Assembly (NCBI GenBank): GCA_003222155.1
Contig: QHUU01000054.1
Location: 65,612 to 129,611, forward strand
DNA length: 64,000 nucleotides
From: Gemmatimonadota bacterium
GTDB lineage: Bacteria; Gemmatimonadota; Gemmatimonadetes; Gemmatimonadales; GWC2-71-9
Reading direction: 5' to 3'
In this document: piece by piece, positions 35,961-46,550 of the stretch
Numbering within the stretch: position 1 is the first letter of the stretch
Layout: each line of letters opens with the position of its first letter
Position numbers and translations under genes: made by a program
Notes under the pieces: generated by a model
The model's database searches: none
What the model was told of the DNA's origin: nothing
The model's input: the letters and a program-made list of their open reading frames with translations, nothing else

Positions 35961-36734
35961 TCAGGCGGACGCGGCCCGAGAGGCCTGATACGGTCCCGTC
36001 ACCCTGAGCGCCACGCCCCGGTTCAGCTTCCAGGCCTCGTACAACGCGAAACCGGCGATGAGCAGATGAAGCGGGCTGCTGATGCCGATCATGACCGGGG
36101 CGGCAAACGCGAGCGCGAGCAGGACAACAACTCCCAGGAGCAGCGCGAGCGGTCCCGGCCGGGCGTGGCCGGTCTTCGCTGCCGTGGTGAGGGCCCCCGC
36201 TGTCGCGGCCGGGGAGCCGGCCCGAGGGCCGCTCGAGTCGAGTGTCGCGCTGCCCGAGTCCGCGCGTGCCTGGATTTCCTTCCGCAGCTCGCGCGCGATC
36301 AGCGTCGAGTCCGTCGCCACGACCGCGCTGTAGGTGAGGAACATCGCCAGCAGCTGGTAGCGCCAGCCACCTCGGCCGCTCGACCCCTTCCGGACCGCCG
36401 TTCCCACGAGCAGGCCGACCACGACTGCGACGAGGCCAAATTCGTAGCCCGTCAGTGCTTCGATGCCGAAGTAGACGCCGGCACCGAGCGCCGCCGCGGC
36501 GGCGCCCAATCCCAACGCTTTAGCGAAACGCCGGGCGGGGGAGCCGCGATTCCACGCCGCCAGGATGCGGGTGCGACAGCCGAGGCACGTGACCTTGGCG
36601 TTGATCTCGTAGTACGATCCGGCAATCGGCTGGCGGCAGATCGAGCACGTCAGGCCGGGAGTCTGGTCGGCGCGCTCGACGCGATCGAACTGCAGGCTGC
36701 GGTCGGCGGGATTTCCGGCGGCTGGGTCGGTCAC
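35961..36734 (-). CDS. Hypothetical membrane protein with an N-terminal zinc ribbon
   Basis: GGAGG-N7-GTG start at 36734. CSICRQP...CLGCRTR followed by about 4 TM segments. Lies 10 nt upstream of the M50 gene. Confidence 0.6.
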   Translation of the reverse strand: MTDPAAGNPADRSLQFDRVERADQTPGLTCSICRQPIAGSYYEINAKVTCLGCRTRILAAWNRGSPARRFAKALGLGAAAAALGAGVYFGIEALTGYEFGLVAVVVGLLVGTAVRKGSSGRGGWRYQLLAMFLTYSAVVATDSTLIARELRKEIQARADSGSATLDSSGPRAGSPAATAGALTTAAKTGHARPGPLALLLGVVVLLALAFAAPVMIGISSPLHLLIAGFALYEAWKLNRGVALRVTGPYQASRAASA

Positions 36735-36829
36735 GGGCTTGCCTCCTCGGGACAGGGTGGTGGCCGCGGGCCCAATCTTCGGGAGTCGAATCGCATGACG
36801 CAATCAGAAACGGGTTCTGAGGCTGGAAT

Positions 36830-36847
36830 AGATACTCACGGGTATCT
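36830..36847. promoter_or_regulatory. Candidate TetR operator (inverted repeat AGATAC-N6-GTATCT)
   Basis: AGATACTCACGGGTATCT sits in the divergent intergenic region. Further GGTATC half-sites begin at about 36892 and 36910. Confidence 0.35.
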
Positions 36848-36907
36848 TAGCGGGCGATTCAGGAGGTCGTTTGCCCAGATTGATTCTTATCGGTATCATT
36901 GATTCCC

Positions 36908-37318
36908 ATGGGTATCGTACGACAGCGGCGCAAGGCCGAAACGCGCGCGCTGCTGCTGCAGGCCGGTCTGAGTGTGTTCGCGGAGCGCGGCATCGAGCTC
37001 GCCACCCTGGACGAGGTCGCCCAGGCGGCGGGGTTCACCAAGGGGGCCATCTACCGGCAGTTTCCCTCGAAAGGCGGCTTTCTGCTCGCCTTGTTCGAGC
37101 AATACGCCGCGGTCGCACGCGCCGGCGCCGGGGCGCGTCAGGCGTCCTGGTTCATCCCCCTCACCATCCAGTTTGCGGCGCAGGCGATGCGGGACCCGCT
37201 GCTGCGTCGCCGGTTCGCGGTCGTGCTGACCGAGGCGCCTGACGGCGGGTCACCCGACGGGCAGCTCCTGAAAGCGCTCGGCCGCGTGTTGCCGGCGGCG
37301 CACGCTTCCGTCCGATGA
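36908..37318 (+). CDS. TetR-family transcriptional regulator (short)
   Basis: HTH LDEVAQAAGFTKGAIYRQFPSK. ATG chosen at 36908; a TTG is at 36899. Confidence 0.8.
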   Translation: MGIVRQRRKAETRALLLQAGLSVFAERGIELATLDEVAQAAGFTKGAIYRQFPSKGGFLLALFEQYAAVARAGAGARQASWFIPLTIQFAAQAMRDPLLRRRFAVVLTEAPDGGSPDGQLLKALGRVLPAAHASVR

Positions 37319-38151
37319 CGGTCATCCTGGCCGCAGCGGCGATTTTGGGATTCGGCTACCTCCTTGTCTCCGCCGTGCTGCGTCGCATCCCCGCGGCGCC
37401 GCTGTGCCTGCCGAGCGACCCGATCCCCGCCGCGTGGCCCGGCATCGTCGACGCCAACGTTCCGCTCGCGCGGAGCCTGAGCGCGGACGAGCGGCAGCGG
37501 CTGCTGCGCCTGGTGCAGCTGTTTCTCTCCGACAAGCATTTCGAAGGGTGCGGCGGTCTCACCGTGAGCGACGAGATGAAAGTCACGATCGCCGCGGAGG
37601 CGTGCCTGTTGCTGCTGCATCTGGAGGGCCCGTGCTACCCGGCACTCCGCACCGTGCTGGTGTACCCGCGGGGATTCGTGCCCAAGATCGCCCGGTCGCC
37701 CCAGACCGGGGAGATCCCCGAGACCCCGGCTCCTCTCATCGGGGAATCGTGGCAGGACGGCGTGGTCGTGGTCTCGTGGGACGACGTGGTGCGCGGGGCG
37801 GGCAACCCGCTCGACGGGGAGAATGTCGTCCTCCACGAGTTCGCGCACCAACTGGACGAAGAGGACGGCGCCGGCGATGGGGCCCCGGTGTTGCCGGGGA
37901 GTGCCCTCCGCACGTGGGGGCGCGTGCTGTCGGACGAGCACGATCGGTTGCGCCGGGATGTCGATCATGACCGGCAATCCGTCCTGGATGAGTACGGCGC
38001 CACCAATAAGGCCGAGTTCTTCGCGGTCGCGACCGAAACGTTCTTCGAGAAGCCTGTGCAGCTGGAGCGGGAGCATCCGGAGTTGTACGAGCAGCTGAAG
38101 CGCTTCTACCGGCAGGACCCCGCGCGGTGGACGCCGCCGCCCCCTTCGTGA
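37315..38151 (+). CDS. M90 (MtfA-like) zinc peptidase
   Basis: GESWQDGVVVVSWD, zinc motif LHEFAHQLD, NKAEFFAVATETFF. ATGA overlap with the TetR gene. Confidence 0.85.
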   Translation: MTVILAAAAILGFGYLLVSAVLRRIPAAPLCLPSDPIPAAWPGIVDANVPLARSLSADERQRLLRLVQLFLSDKHFEGCGGLTVSDEMKVTIAAEACLLLLHLEGPCYPALRTVLVYPRGFVPKIARSPQTGEIPETPAPLIGESWQDGVVVVSWDDVVRGAGNPLDGENVVLHEFAHQLDEEDGAGDGAPVLPGSALRTWGRVLSDEHDRLRRDVDHDRQSVLDEYGATNKAEFFAVATETFFEKPVQLEREHPELYEQLKRFYRQDPARWTPPPPS

Positions 38152-38822
38152 CGCGCTCACGGGGTCGGCTGATCGACCTGAGCCATACGGTCGAGCACGG
38201 CATGGTGACCTACCCCGGGCTGCCGGCGCCGGTGATCGGCGACTGGCTGTCACGCGCGGCGTCCGGTACGCGCTATGCACCGGGCACGACCTTTCAGATC
38301 GGCAAGATCGAACTCGTCGCCAACACCGGGACCTACATCGACGCGCCGTCCCATCGCTACGAGCGGGGGAAGGACGTCGCCGATTTTCCACTCGCAGCGG
38401 TCGCCGATCTGGAGGGCGTCGTGGTCCGGGCCACGGAGCGCGACGGTCAGGCGCTCGACTCGGGCGTCTTCCGCGGGCGAGAACTGCGGGGCAAGGCCGT
38501 GCTGGTACACACGGGCTGGGACGTGCACTGGCGCACCGAGCGGTACGGCACCGGCCATCCCTTCCTGACGCGCGCGGCGGCCGAGCATCTCGTCGCCGGC
38601 GGCGCGGCCTTGGTCGGCATCGACTCGCTCAACATCGACGACGCGAGCGACGGCGCGCGGCCCGCTCACACGCTGCTGCTCGGCGCCGGCATCCCGATCG
38701 TGGAGCACCTGTGCGGGTTGGGGGAGCTGCCCGACGGTGGATTTCGGTTTTTTGCCGTGCCGGTGAAGGTGCGGGGGATGGGGAGCTTCCCGGTGCGGGC
38801 GTTCGCGATGGTGGACCGCTAG
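38148..38822 (+). CDS. Cyclase-family protein (kynurenine formamidase-like)
   Basis: LIDLSHTV...GTYIDAPSHR...GIDSLNID. GTG overlaps the upstream TGA (GTGA). Confidence 0.8.
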   Translation: MTRSRGRLIDLSHTVEHGMVTYPGLPAPVIGDWLSRAASGTRYAPGTTFQIGKIELVANTGTYIDAPSHRYERGKDVADFPLAAVADLEGVVVRATERDGQALDSGVFRGRELRGKAVLVHTGWDVHWRTERYGTGHPFLTRAAAEHLVAGGAALVGIDSLNIDDASDGARPAHTLLLGAGIPIVEHLCGLGELPDGGFRFFAVPVKVRGMGSFPVRAFAMVDR

Positions 38823-38903
38823 CACGGCACCGGTTTGCGGCACGATGGCGAGCTCCATGATGGAACGATAAGTTCCCGAATTCGATTCTCCGTCGGAGCC
38901 CCT

Positions 38904-40778
38904 ATGCCCGTCCGCTTTCTCGCGCTCGTCCTCTTTCTCTCGCCGGTCGCGCTCGCGGGCCAGCGCACTCAGAAGCCTCCGCTGCACGGTCGCCACTGGG
39001 TGGCGATCACCGGCAAGCCGCTCGCGGCCACCGCCGGCGCCATGATCTTCCAGAAGGGCGGCAACCCCGTCGACGCGGCGTGCGCCATGCTCGCCGCCGT
39101 CACCACCATGTGGGACGTGCTCTCCTGGGGCGGCGAAACGCAGGCGCTGATTTACAACCCGCAGACCAAGAAGGTCATCGCGATCAACGCCCTCGGCGTC
39201 GCGCCCACCGGCGCCACGCCGGCCTTCTACCGCTCGAAGGGAATGCACTTCCCGCCCGAGTACGGCCCGCTCGCCGCCATTACGCCCGGCACGCCGGGCG
39301 GCCTCATGACGATGCTCGCCGAGTACGGGAAACTGAGCCTGCGCGAGGTGCTCGAGCCGGCGATCCGGATGGCCGACGGCTACCCCATCGAGGAAGAGAC
39401 GGCCAACTCGATCGAGCGCAATAAGACCTGGCTCAAGCAATGGCGCTACTCGCGCGCGGTGATGCTGCCGCACGCAGCTGAGGCACGGGAGGCGCCCGAG
39501 GCGGGAGAGATCTTCCGGCAGCCGGACCTCGCGGCCACCCTGCGAAAGCTCGTCGACACCGAGCAGCAGGCGCTGCGACAGGGCAAGAGCCGGCGCGACG
39601 CGATCATGGCCGCCTACGCCCGGTTCTACACGGGCGACATCGCGCAGGAATTTGTCCGCGGACTACGTGAGGAAGGCGGACTGATCACGCTGCCCGACCT
39701 GGCGGGCTGGAAGGTGAAGATCGAAGAGCCCGTCATGACCACCTATCGCGGCATCGACGTCTACAAGCTGCAGCCGTGGTCGCAAGGTCCCGCGATGCTC
39801 GAGGCGCTGAACATCCTCGAGACTTTCGATCTCAAGGCGATGGGCTACAACAGCGCGCGCTACATCCACACGCTGTACCAGGCGATGAGCCTCGCGTTCG
39901 CGGACCGCGACTTCTACTACGGCGACCCCGCGTTCCCCCCGGAGGAGCCGATCCGGGGCTTGCTCTCAAAGGACTACGCGCGGCAGCGGGCGCGGCTGAT
40001 CAACCCCGACCGCAACGACCCCGGCATCAAGCCGGGGGACCCCTATCCCTTCCAGGGAGGGACGAATCCGTATCTGGACCTGCTGCGCAGCTGGCCCCCG
40101 TCGGCGCGCCCTCCAACGACATCGGGTGGCGGGAGCCAGATGGGGCAGCGACAGCTGGAGGGGGCGGCGCTGGCGGCGTTCGACTCAGCGTTCACTCGCG
40201 GAACGACGTCCATCGAGGCCGCGGACACCTCGGGATGGGTCGTGTCGATCACGCCGTCGGGGGGATGGATCCCCGCCGTAATCGCGGGTCGCACCGGGAT
40301 CGGCGTGAGCCAGCGGGCGCAGCAGTTCGTGGTCGATTCGCTCGACAATCCGTTCAACGTGATCGCGCCGGGGAAGCGCCCGCGCGTCACACTCACGCCG
40401 GGCCTCGCGCTCAAGGACGGGAAGCCGTTCCTCGCGTCCGCGGTGCAGGGGGGCGACACCCAGGACCAGAACCTGCTGCAGTGCTTTCTCGACATGGTCG
40501 AGTTCGGGATGACCGTGCAGGAGGCCGTCGAGGCGGCGAACATCACCAGCTACCAGATGCGGAACTCGTTCGGCGAGCACGAGTCCCAGCCCGGCCGGCT
40601 CACCCTGCGGTCCGACACGCCGCCCTGGGTGCGGCGTGACCTGCGCGATATGGGCTACAGGCTCGAGTTCCAGGAGCGCACCTCGGGCCCCATCAACGCC
40701 ATCTTCTTCGACTGGAAGCACGGATCGTTCTGGGGCGGGTCGTCGAACCATGGGGAGGATTACGGGATTGCGTGGTGA
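38904..40778 (+). CDS. Gamma-glutamyltransferase family protein
   Basis: Signal peptide MPVRFLALVLFLSPVALA. Autoprocessing/nucleophile region RGTTSIEAAD. GGxxQ-type C-terminal motifs. Confidence 0.88.
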   Translation: MPVRFLALVLFLSPVALAGQRTQKPPLHGRHWVAITGKPLAATAGAMIFQKGGNPVDAACAMLAAVTTMWDVLSWGGETQALIYNPQTKKVIAINALGVAPTGATPAFYRSKGMHFPPEYGPLAAITPGTPGGLMTMLAEYGKLSLREVLEPAIRMADGYPIEEETANSIERNKTWLKQWRYSRAVMLPHAAEAREAPEAGEIFRQPDLAATLRKLVDTEQQALRQGKSRRDAIMAAYARFYTGDIAQEFVRGLREEGGLITLPDLAGWKVKIEEPVMTTYRGIDVYKLQPWSQGPAMLEALNILETFDLKAMGYNSARYIHTLYQAMSLAFADRDFYYGDPAFPPEEPIRGLLSKDYARQRARLINPDRNDPGIKPGDPYPFQGGTNPYLDLLRSWPPSARPPTTSGGGSQMGQRQLEGAALAAFDSAFTRGTTSIEAADTSGWVVSITPSGGWIPAVIAGRTGIGVSQRAQQFVVDSLDNPFNVIAPGKRPRVTLTPGLALKDGKPFLASAVQGGDTQDQNLLQCFLDMVEFGMTVQEAVEAANITSYQMRNSFGEHESQPGRLTLRSDTPPWVRRDLRDMGYRLEFQERTSGPINAIFFDWKHGSFWGGSSNHGEDYGIAW

Positions 40779-40799
40779 CACGATCCCGACAGCAAGCCA

Positions 40800-42244
<1,445 letters not shown>

Positions 42245-42293
42245 GGGAATTTAGACGGCCCAACACGGCTACGCCACGGATCGAGCCCCGAGT

Positions 42294-42324
42294 CCCGAAC
42301 CCCGAACCCCGAACCCCGAACCCC
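42294..42324. repeat. Tandem heptamer repeat (CCCCGAA)n, which is (GGGGTTC)n on the def/thiC strand
   Basis: CCCGAA CCCCGAA CCCCGAA CCCCGAA CCCC read directly. Another CCCC run lies at 42286-42289. Confidence 0.9.
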
Positions 42325-42326
42325 GC

Positions 42327-42872
42327 TCACACCTCCCGCGGCGAGGGTGTGCTGTATCGGTCGCCGGGCTCGTGCAGCTTCTCCCACTCCGAGCGCAAGG
42401 CGAACGGGTCCACGCCGCTGGGGCGATCGAGCGCCAGGATCCCGTCCAGGTGGTCGATCTCGTGCTGCAGCAGCTCCGCCATCGGACCCTCCACCGGCAG
42501 GGTGCGTTGCTTGCCCTTCAAGTCGGTGTAGCTCACGCTGATCTGGTAGGCGCGACTCACCCGCACGTAGAGATTGGGGAATGAAAAGCAGTCGTCCCAC
42601 ACCAGGAAGTCGTCCGGCCCCACATCCGTGATCTCCGGATTGACCATGGTCCAGCGCTGCTTGTCGATTGCCACGAACACGATCCGCACCGGCGCGCCGA
42701 TCTGAGGGGCGGCCAGGGCCCGGCCCATCTTGTACTTTTCCTTCGCCACACGCAGCGTGTCCCGCAGGTCATCCGCGACCAACCGGGTCGCGGCGGACTT
42801 GGCGTTCTGGACCCGCTCGCAGCGGACCCGCAGGATAGGATCGCCCAACAGGCGAATGCGCCGGACGGCCAT
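42327..42872 (-). CDS. def: Peptide deformylase
   Basis: GRALAAPQIG and HEIDHLDG. The middle motif is atypical (DDCFSFP instead of EGCLS). ATG at 42872. Confidence 0.9.
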   Translation of the reverse strand: MAVRRIRLLGDPILRVRCERVQNAKSAATRLVADDLRDTLRVAKEKYKMGRALAAPQIGAPVRIVFVAIDKQRWTMVNPEITDVGPDDFLVWDDCFSFPNLYVRVSRAYQISVSYTDLKGKQRTLPVEGPMAELLQHEIDHLDGILALDRPSGVDPFALRSEWEKLHEPGDRYSTPSPREV

Positions 42873-42927
42873 GGGAGCGCCAATTTGGCGATTTCGCGCC
42901 CACGTGCAACTCGCCCCTTGTCTTTGG

Positions 42928-42956
42928 TTGACAATCCCGAGTAATTCCTGTAGGAT
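42928..42956 (+). promoter_or_regulatory. Candidate sigma-70 promoter of the suf operon
   Basis: TTGACA (42928-42933), 17-nt spacer, TAGGAT (42951-42956). AATCC...GGATT inverted half-sites flank the spacer. Confidence 0.45.
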
Positions 42957-43015
42957 TCCGTTCGTCCCGGTACCTCTCTGCAACTTGCGACGCGCAAAGG
43001 ACTTCGGGAGTGTCT

Positions 43016-44452
43016 ATGAGTAGCGGCATCGAAGCCCAGGTCCTCCAGCCCTACAAGTACGGCTTCGTCACCGACATCGAGTCGGAGACCGTCCCCCCCG
43101 GCTTGAGCGAGGACGTTATCCGGCTCATCTCGCAGAAGAAGGGCGAGCCGGCCTGGATGCTCGAGTGGCGGCTCAAGGCGTATCGCAACTGGCAGAAGAT
43201 GCCGGAGCCGCACTGGGCCAACGTGCAGTACGGCCCGGTCGACTATCAGGCCATCAGCTATTACGCCGCCCCCAAGCAGCGGCCCAAGCTGGATAGCCTC
43301 GATCAGGTCGATCCCAAGCTGCTCGAGACGTTCGAGAAGCTCGGCATTCCGCTCGAGGAGCGGAAGCGACTGGCCGGCGTCGCGGTGGACGCGGTGTTCG
43401 ATTCGGTATCCGTGGCGACCACGTTCCGCGAGGAGCTCAAAAAGCACGGCGTGATCTTCTGCGCGATCTCGGAAGCGATCCGGGAGTATCCCGACCTGGT
43501 GCAGCAGTATCTGGGATCCGTCGTCCCATACAACGACAACTTCTTCGCCGCGCTCAATTCGGCGGTGTTCACGGACGGCTCGTTCGTGTATGTGCCGAAG
43601 GGTGTGCGCTGCCCGATGGAACTGTCCACCTACTTCCGTATCAACGCGGAGTCGACCGGTCAGTTCGAGCGTACGCTGATCGTCGCGGACGAGGGGAGCC
43701 ACGTGAGCTATCTGGAGGGCTGCTCGGCTCCGGTGCGCGACGAGAACCAGTTGCACGCGGCCGTCGTGGAGCTGGTGGCGCTCGACAACGCGACGATCAA
43801 GTACTCCACGATTCAGAACTGGTACCCCGGCGACGAAGAGGGGCGGGGCGGGATCTACAACTTCGTGACCAAGCGCGGCGCCTGCCGCGGCCGGGCCTCC
43901 AAGATCTCGTGGACCCAGGTGGAGACCGGCTCCGCGATCACCTGGAAGTATCCCGGCTGCATCCTGCAGGGCGACGATTCGATCGGCGAGTTCTACTCCG
44001 TGGCCGTGACCAACCAGCGGCAGCAGGCGGACACGGGCACCAAGATGATCCACATGGGCAAGAACACGCGCTCGACTATCGTGTCGAAGGGGATCTCGGC
44101 GGGCCGCGGCCAGAACACCTACCGCGGGCTCGTGAAGATCCTCAAGGGCGCGGAGCAGGCCCGCAACTACTCGCAGTGCGACTCGATGCTGATCGGGGAC
44201 CGGTGCGGTGCGCACACGTTTCCCTACATCGACGTGCGCAACAGCACCGCCATTATGGAGCACGAGGCCTCGACGTCCAAGATCGGCGAGGACCAGATCT
44301 TCTACGCCAAGCAGCGCGGTCTCTCCGCCGAAGACGCCGTGTCGATGATCGTGAACGGCTTCTGCAAGGAAGTCTTCAAGGAGCTCCCGATGGAGTTCGC
44401 GGTCGAAGCGCAGCGGCTGCTCGGGATCAGCCTCGAAGGGAGTGTGGGATGA
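43016..44452 (+). CDS. sufB: Fe-S cluster assembly scaffold protein SufB
   Basis: Full-length SufB-like sequence ([10 protein letters not shown]..., [11 protein letters not shown]..., [12 protein letters not shown]). GGGAG upstream. An alternative GTG is at 43010. Confidence 0.95.
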   Translation: MSSGIEAQVLQPYKYGFVTDIESETVPPGLSEDVIRLISQKKGEPAWMLEWRLKAYRNWQKMPEPHWANVQYGPVDYQAISYYAAPKQRPKLDSLDQVDPKLLETFEKLGIPLEERKRLAGVAVDAVFDSVSVATTFREELKKHGVIFCAISEAIREYPDLVQQYLGSVVPYNDNFFAALNSAVFTDGSFVYVPKGVRCPMELSTYFRINAESTGQFERTLIVADEGSHVSYLEGCSAPVRDENQLHAAVVELVALDNATIKYSTIQNWYPGDEEGRGGIYNFVTKRGACRGRASKISWTQVETGSAITWKYPGCILQGDDSIGEFYSVAVTNQRQQADTGTKMIHMGKNTRSTIVSKGISAGRGQNTYRGLVKILKGAEQARNYSQCDSMLIGDRCGAHTFPYIDVRNSTAIMEHEASTSKIGEDQIFYAKQRGLSAEDAVSMIVNGFCKEVFKELPMEFAVEAQRLLGISLEGSVG

Positions 44453-45240
44453 CGGGAAAGGGGAAACGGGAAACGGGAAAGGTGTTGCTCGAGGTCCGCG
44501 ACCTCCACGCATCGGTCGAGGGTCGCGAGATCCTCAAGGGCGTCGACTTGACGGTCCGGACCGGCGAGGTGCACGCGATCATGGGGCCGAACGGCTCGGG
44601 GAAGAGCACCCTGGCCCAGGTGCTCGCCGGCCATCCGGCGTACTCGGTCACCGCCGGACAGGTGCTGTACGAGGGGAAGGACCTGCTCGCCATGGCCCCG
44701 GAGGAGCGGGCCCGCGAGGGCGTGTTCCTGGCGTTCCAGTATCCGGTCGCGATCCGCGGCATCACCAACGCGTATTTCCTGCGGGCGGCGGTGAACGCGA
44801 TCCGCAAGCACAAAGGCGTCGAGGAGCTCGGGCCCGTGGAATTCATGGACGCGCTCGAAGCGAAGCTCACGGCGATCGGTTGGGACTCGAGCTACTTGAC
44901 CCGACCCGTGAACGACGGCTTTTCGGGTGGCGAGAAGAAGCGCAACGAGATCCTGCAGCTCGCGGTCCTCGATCCCAAGCTCGCGATCCTCGACGAGACC
45001 GATTCGGGTCTCGACATCGACGCCTTGAAGACCGTGGCGCAGACGGTCGACAAGCTGCGCCGACCCGACAACGCCACGGTTCTCGTGACGCATTACTACC
45101 GGATCCTCACGCATATCCAGCCCGACCTGGTGCATGTGCTGGCGGCGGGCCGGATCGTGAAGTCGGGCGGGAAGGATCTGGCGCTCGAGCTGGAAGAGAA
45201 GGGGTACGACTGGCTCCGTACGGAACCGGCGGTGGCGTGA
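44449..45240 (+). CDS. sufC: Fe-S cluster assembly ATPase SufC
   Basis: [34 protein letters not shown]. The ATG overlaps the sufB TGA. An in-frame GTG at 44482 is an alternative start. Confidence 0.93.
   Translation: MTGKGKRETGKVLLEVRDLHASVEGREILKGVDLTVRTGEVHAIMGPNGSGKSTLAQVLAGHPAYSVTAGQVLYEGKDLLAMAPEERAREGVFLAFQYPVAIRGITNAYFLRAAVNAIRKHKGVEELGPVEFMDALEAKLTAIGWDSSYLTRPVNDGFSGGEKKRNEILQLAVLDPKLAILDETDSGLDIDALKTVAQTVDKLRRPDNATVLVTHYYRILTHIQPDLVHVLAAGRIVKSGGKDLALELEEKGYDWLRTEPAVA
44454..44482 (+). repeat. Tandem heptamer-like repeat GGGAAAG GGGAAAC GGGAAAC GGGAAAGG at the sufB/sufC junction
   Basis: Read directly from the sequence. It encodes [10 protein letters not shown] if ATG 44449 is the start. 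Confidence 0.85.
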
Positions 45241-46550
45241 ACGTCACCGACCGCTACGTCGCCGACTTCAAAGCGTTCGTGGGGAACGGCGCGGCCGGCG
45301 CCCCCCCGTGGCTCAAACAGATCCGCGAGGGCGCGATCGCCCGCTTCGCGGAGCTGGGCTTCCCCACCACGAAGCAGGAGGAGTGGCGCTTCACCAGCGT
45401 CGCGCCGATCGTGGACACGCGGTTTTCGCATCCCGCCTCCCGCATCCCGCACCCCGGGCTCACCGAGATCGGGTCGTTGCTCATCGGGCCCGGGCCCCGC
45501 GTCGTCCTGGTCGACGGGCGCTACGCGCCGGAGTTGTCGTCGGCCGCCGACCAGCGGAGCGGTGTCCGGGTAGGCAGCCTCGCGTCCGCGGTCGCGGACG
45601 GCCCCAGTAGCGAGCTCGCTCGCGAGCATCTGGCGCGCCACGCGCGCTGGCACGACAGCGCCTTTGCGGCGCTCAACACGGCGTTCCTCGCGGACGGCGC
45701 GTTCGTGCACGTGCCCGCCGGCGTCACGCTCGAGCAGCCGCTCGAGCTGCTGTTCCTCTCGAGCGGCCGGCCCGGCGCCGACGGCCCGACCGTGTCACAT
45801 CCCCGCAGCCTCGTCGTGATCGAGCGGGGCGCGGAAGCCGCGGTGCTCGAGACGTACGCCGGGCTCGGGGACGGTGTGTACTGGAGCAACGCGGTCACCG
45901 AGATCGTGGTGGGCGAAGGCGCGCGGGTCGAGCTGTACCGGGTGCAGCGGGAGGGCCCACGCGGCCTCCAGGTCGCAACGACACATTCGCGACAGGAACG
46001 CGACAGCCTTCTGGGAGTGCACGTCCTGACGCTCGGCGCCGCGCTGGCGCGCCACGACATCACCGCGGTCCTGGGCGGCGCCGGCGCAGAGCTCATTCTC
46101 AACGGGTTGTACCTGTTGCGCGCCGGCCAGCACGCCGACCACCACACGGTGATCGACCATGCCCAGCCGCACTGCGCCAGTCACGAGTATTTCAACGGCG
46201 TGCTGGCCGAGCGGGCGCACGGGGTGTTCAACGGGCGGATCATCGTGCGGCCGGGGGCGCAGCGGACCGATTCGAAGCAGACCAACAACAACCTGCTGCT
46301 CTCGACCGAAGCCCGCGCCGACAGTCAGCCGCAGCTCGAGATCTACGCGGACGACGTGAAGTGTACCCACGGCTCCACGGTGGGGCCGATCGACCAGAAC
46401 CAGTTGTACTATCTCCGCAGCCGCGGGTTGTCCGCCCAGGCGGCCCGCAGCATCCTCACGTACGGATTCGGCGCCGAGATCCTGGACCGCATGCGGCGCC
46501 CGGCGGTGCGGGAGCGGCTCGACCGGCTGGTGCGGGAGCGCCTCGCGTGA
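45237..46550 (+). CDS. sufD: Fe-S cluster assembly protein SufD
   Basis: SufD-like beta-helix region (SRQERDS..., GVFNGRIIVRPGAQRTDSKQTNNNLLLS, DDVKCTHGSTVG). GTGA overlap with sufC. Confidence 0.9.
   Translation: MNVTDRYVADFKAFVGNGAAGAPPWLKQIREGAIARFAELGFPTTKQEEWRFTSVAPIVDTRFSHPASRIPHPGLTEIGSLLIGPGPRVVLVDGRYAPELSSAADQRSGVRVGSLASAVADGPSSELAREHLARHARWHDSAFAALNTAFLADGAFVHVPAGVTLEQPLELLFLSSGRPGADGPTVSHPRSLVVIERGAEAAVLETYAGLGDGVYWSNAVTEIVVGEGARVELYRVQREGPRGLQVATTHSRQERDSLLGVHVLTLGAALARHDITAVLGGAGAELILNGLYLLRAGQHADHHTVIDHAQPHCASHEYFNGVLAERAHGVFNGRIIVRPGAQRTDSKQTNNNLLLSTEARADSQPQLEIYADDVKCTHGSTVGPIDQNQLYYLRSRGLSAQAARSILTYGFGAEILDRMRRPAVRERLDRLVRERLA

Noticed and set aside
42294-44482. CRISPR array or other spacer-repeat structure formed by the heptamer/octamer tracts
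   Set aside because: The repeat units are 7-8 nt and contiguous, with no spacers. There are no cas genes. These tracts are far below CRISPR repeat length.
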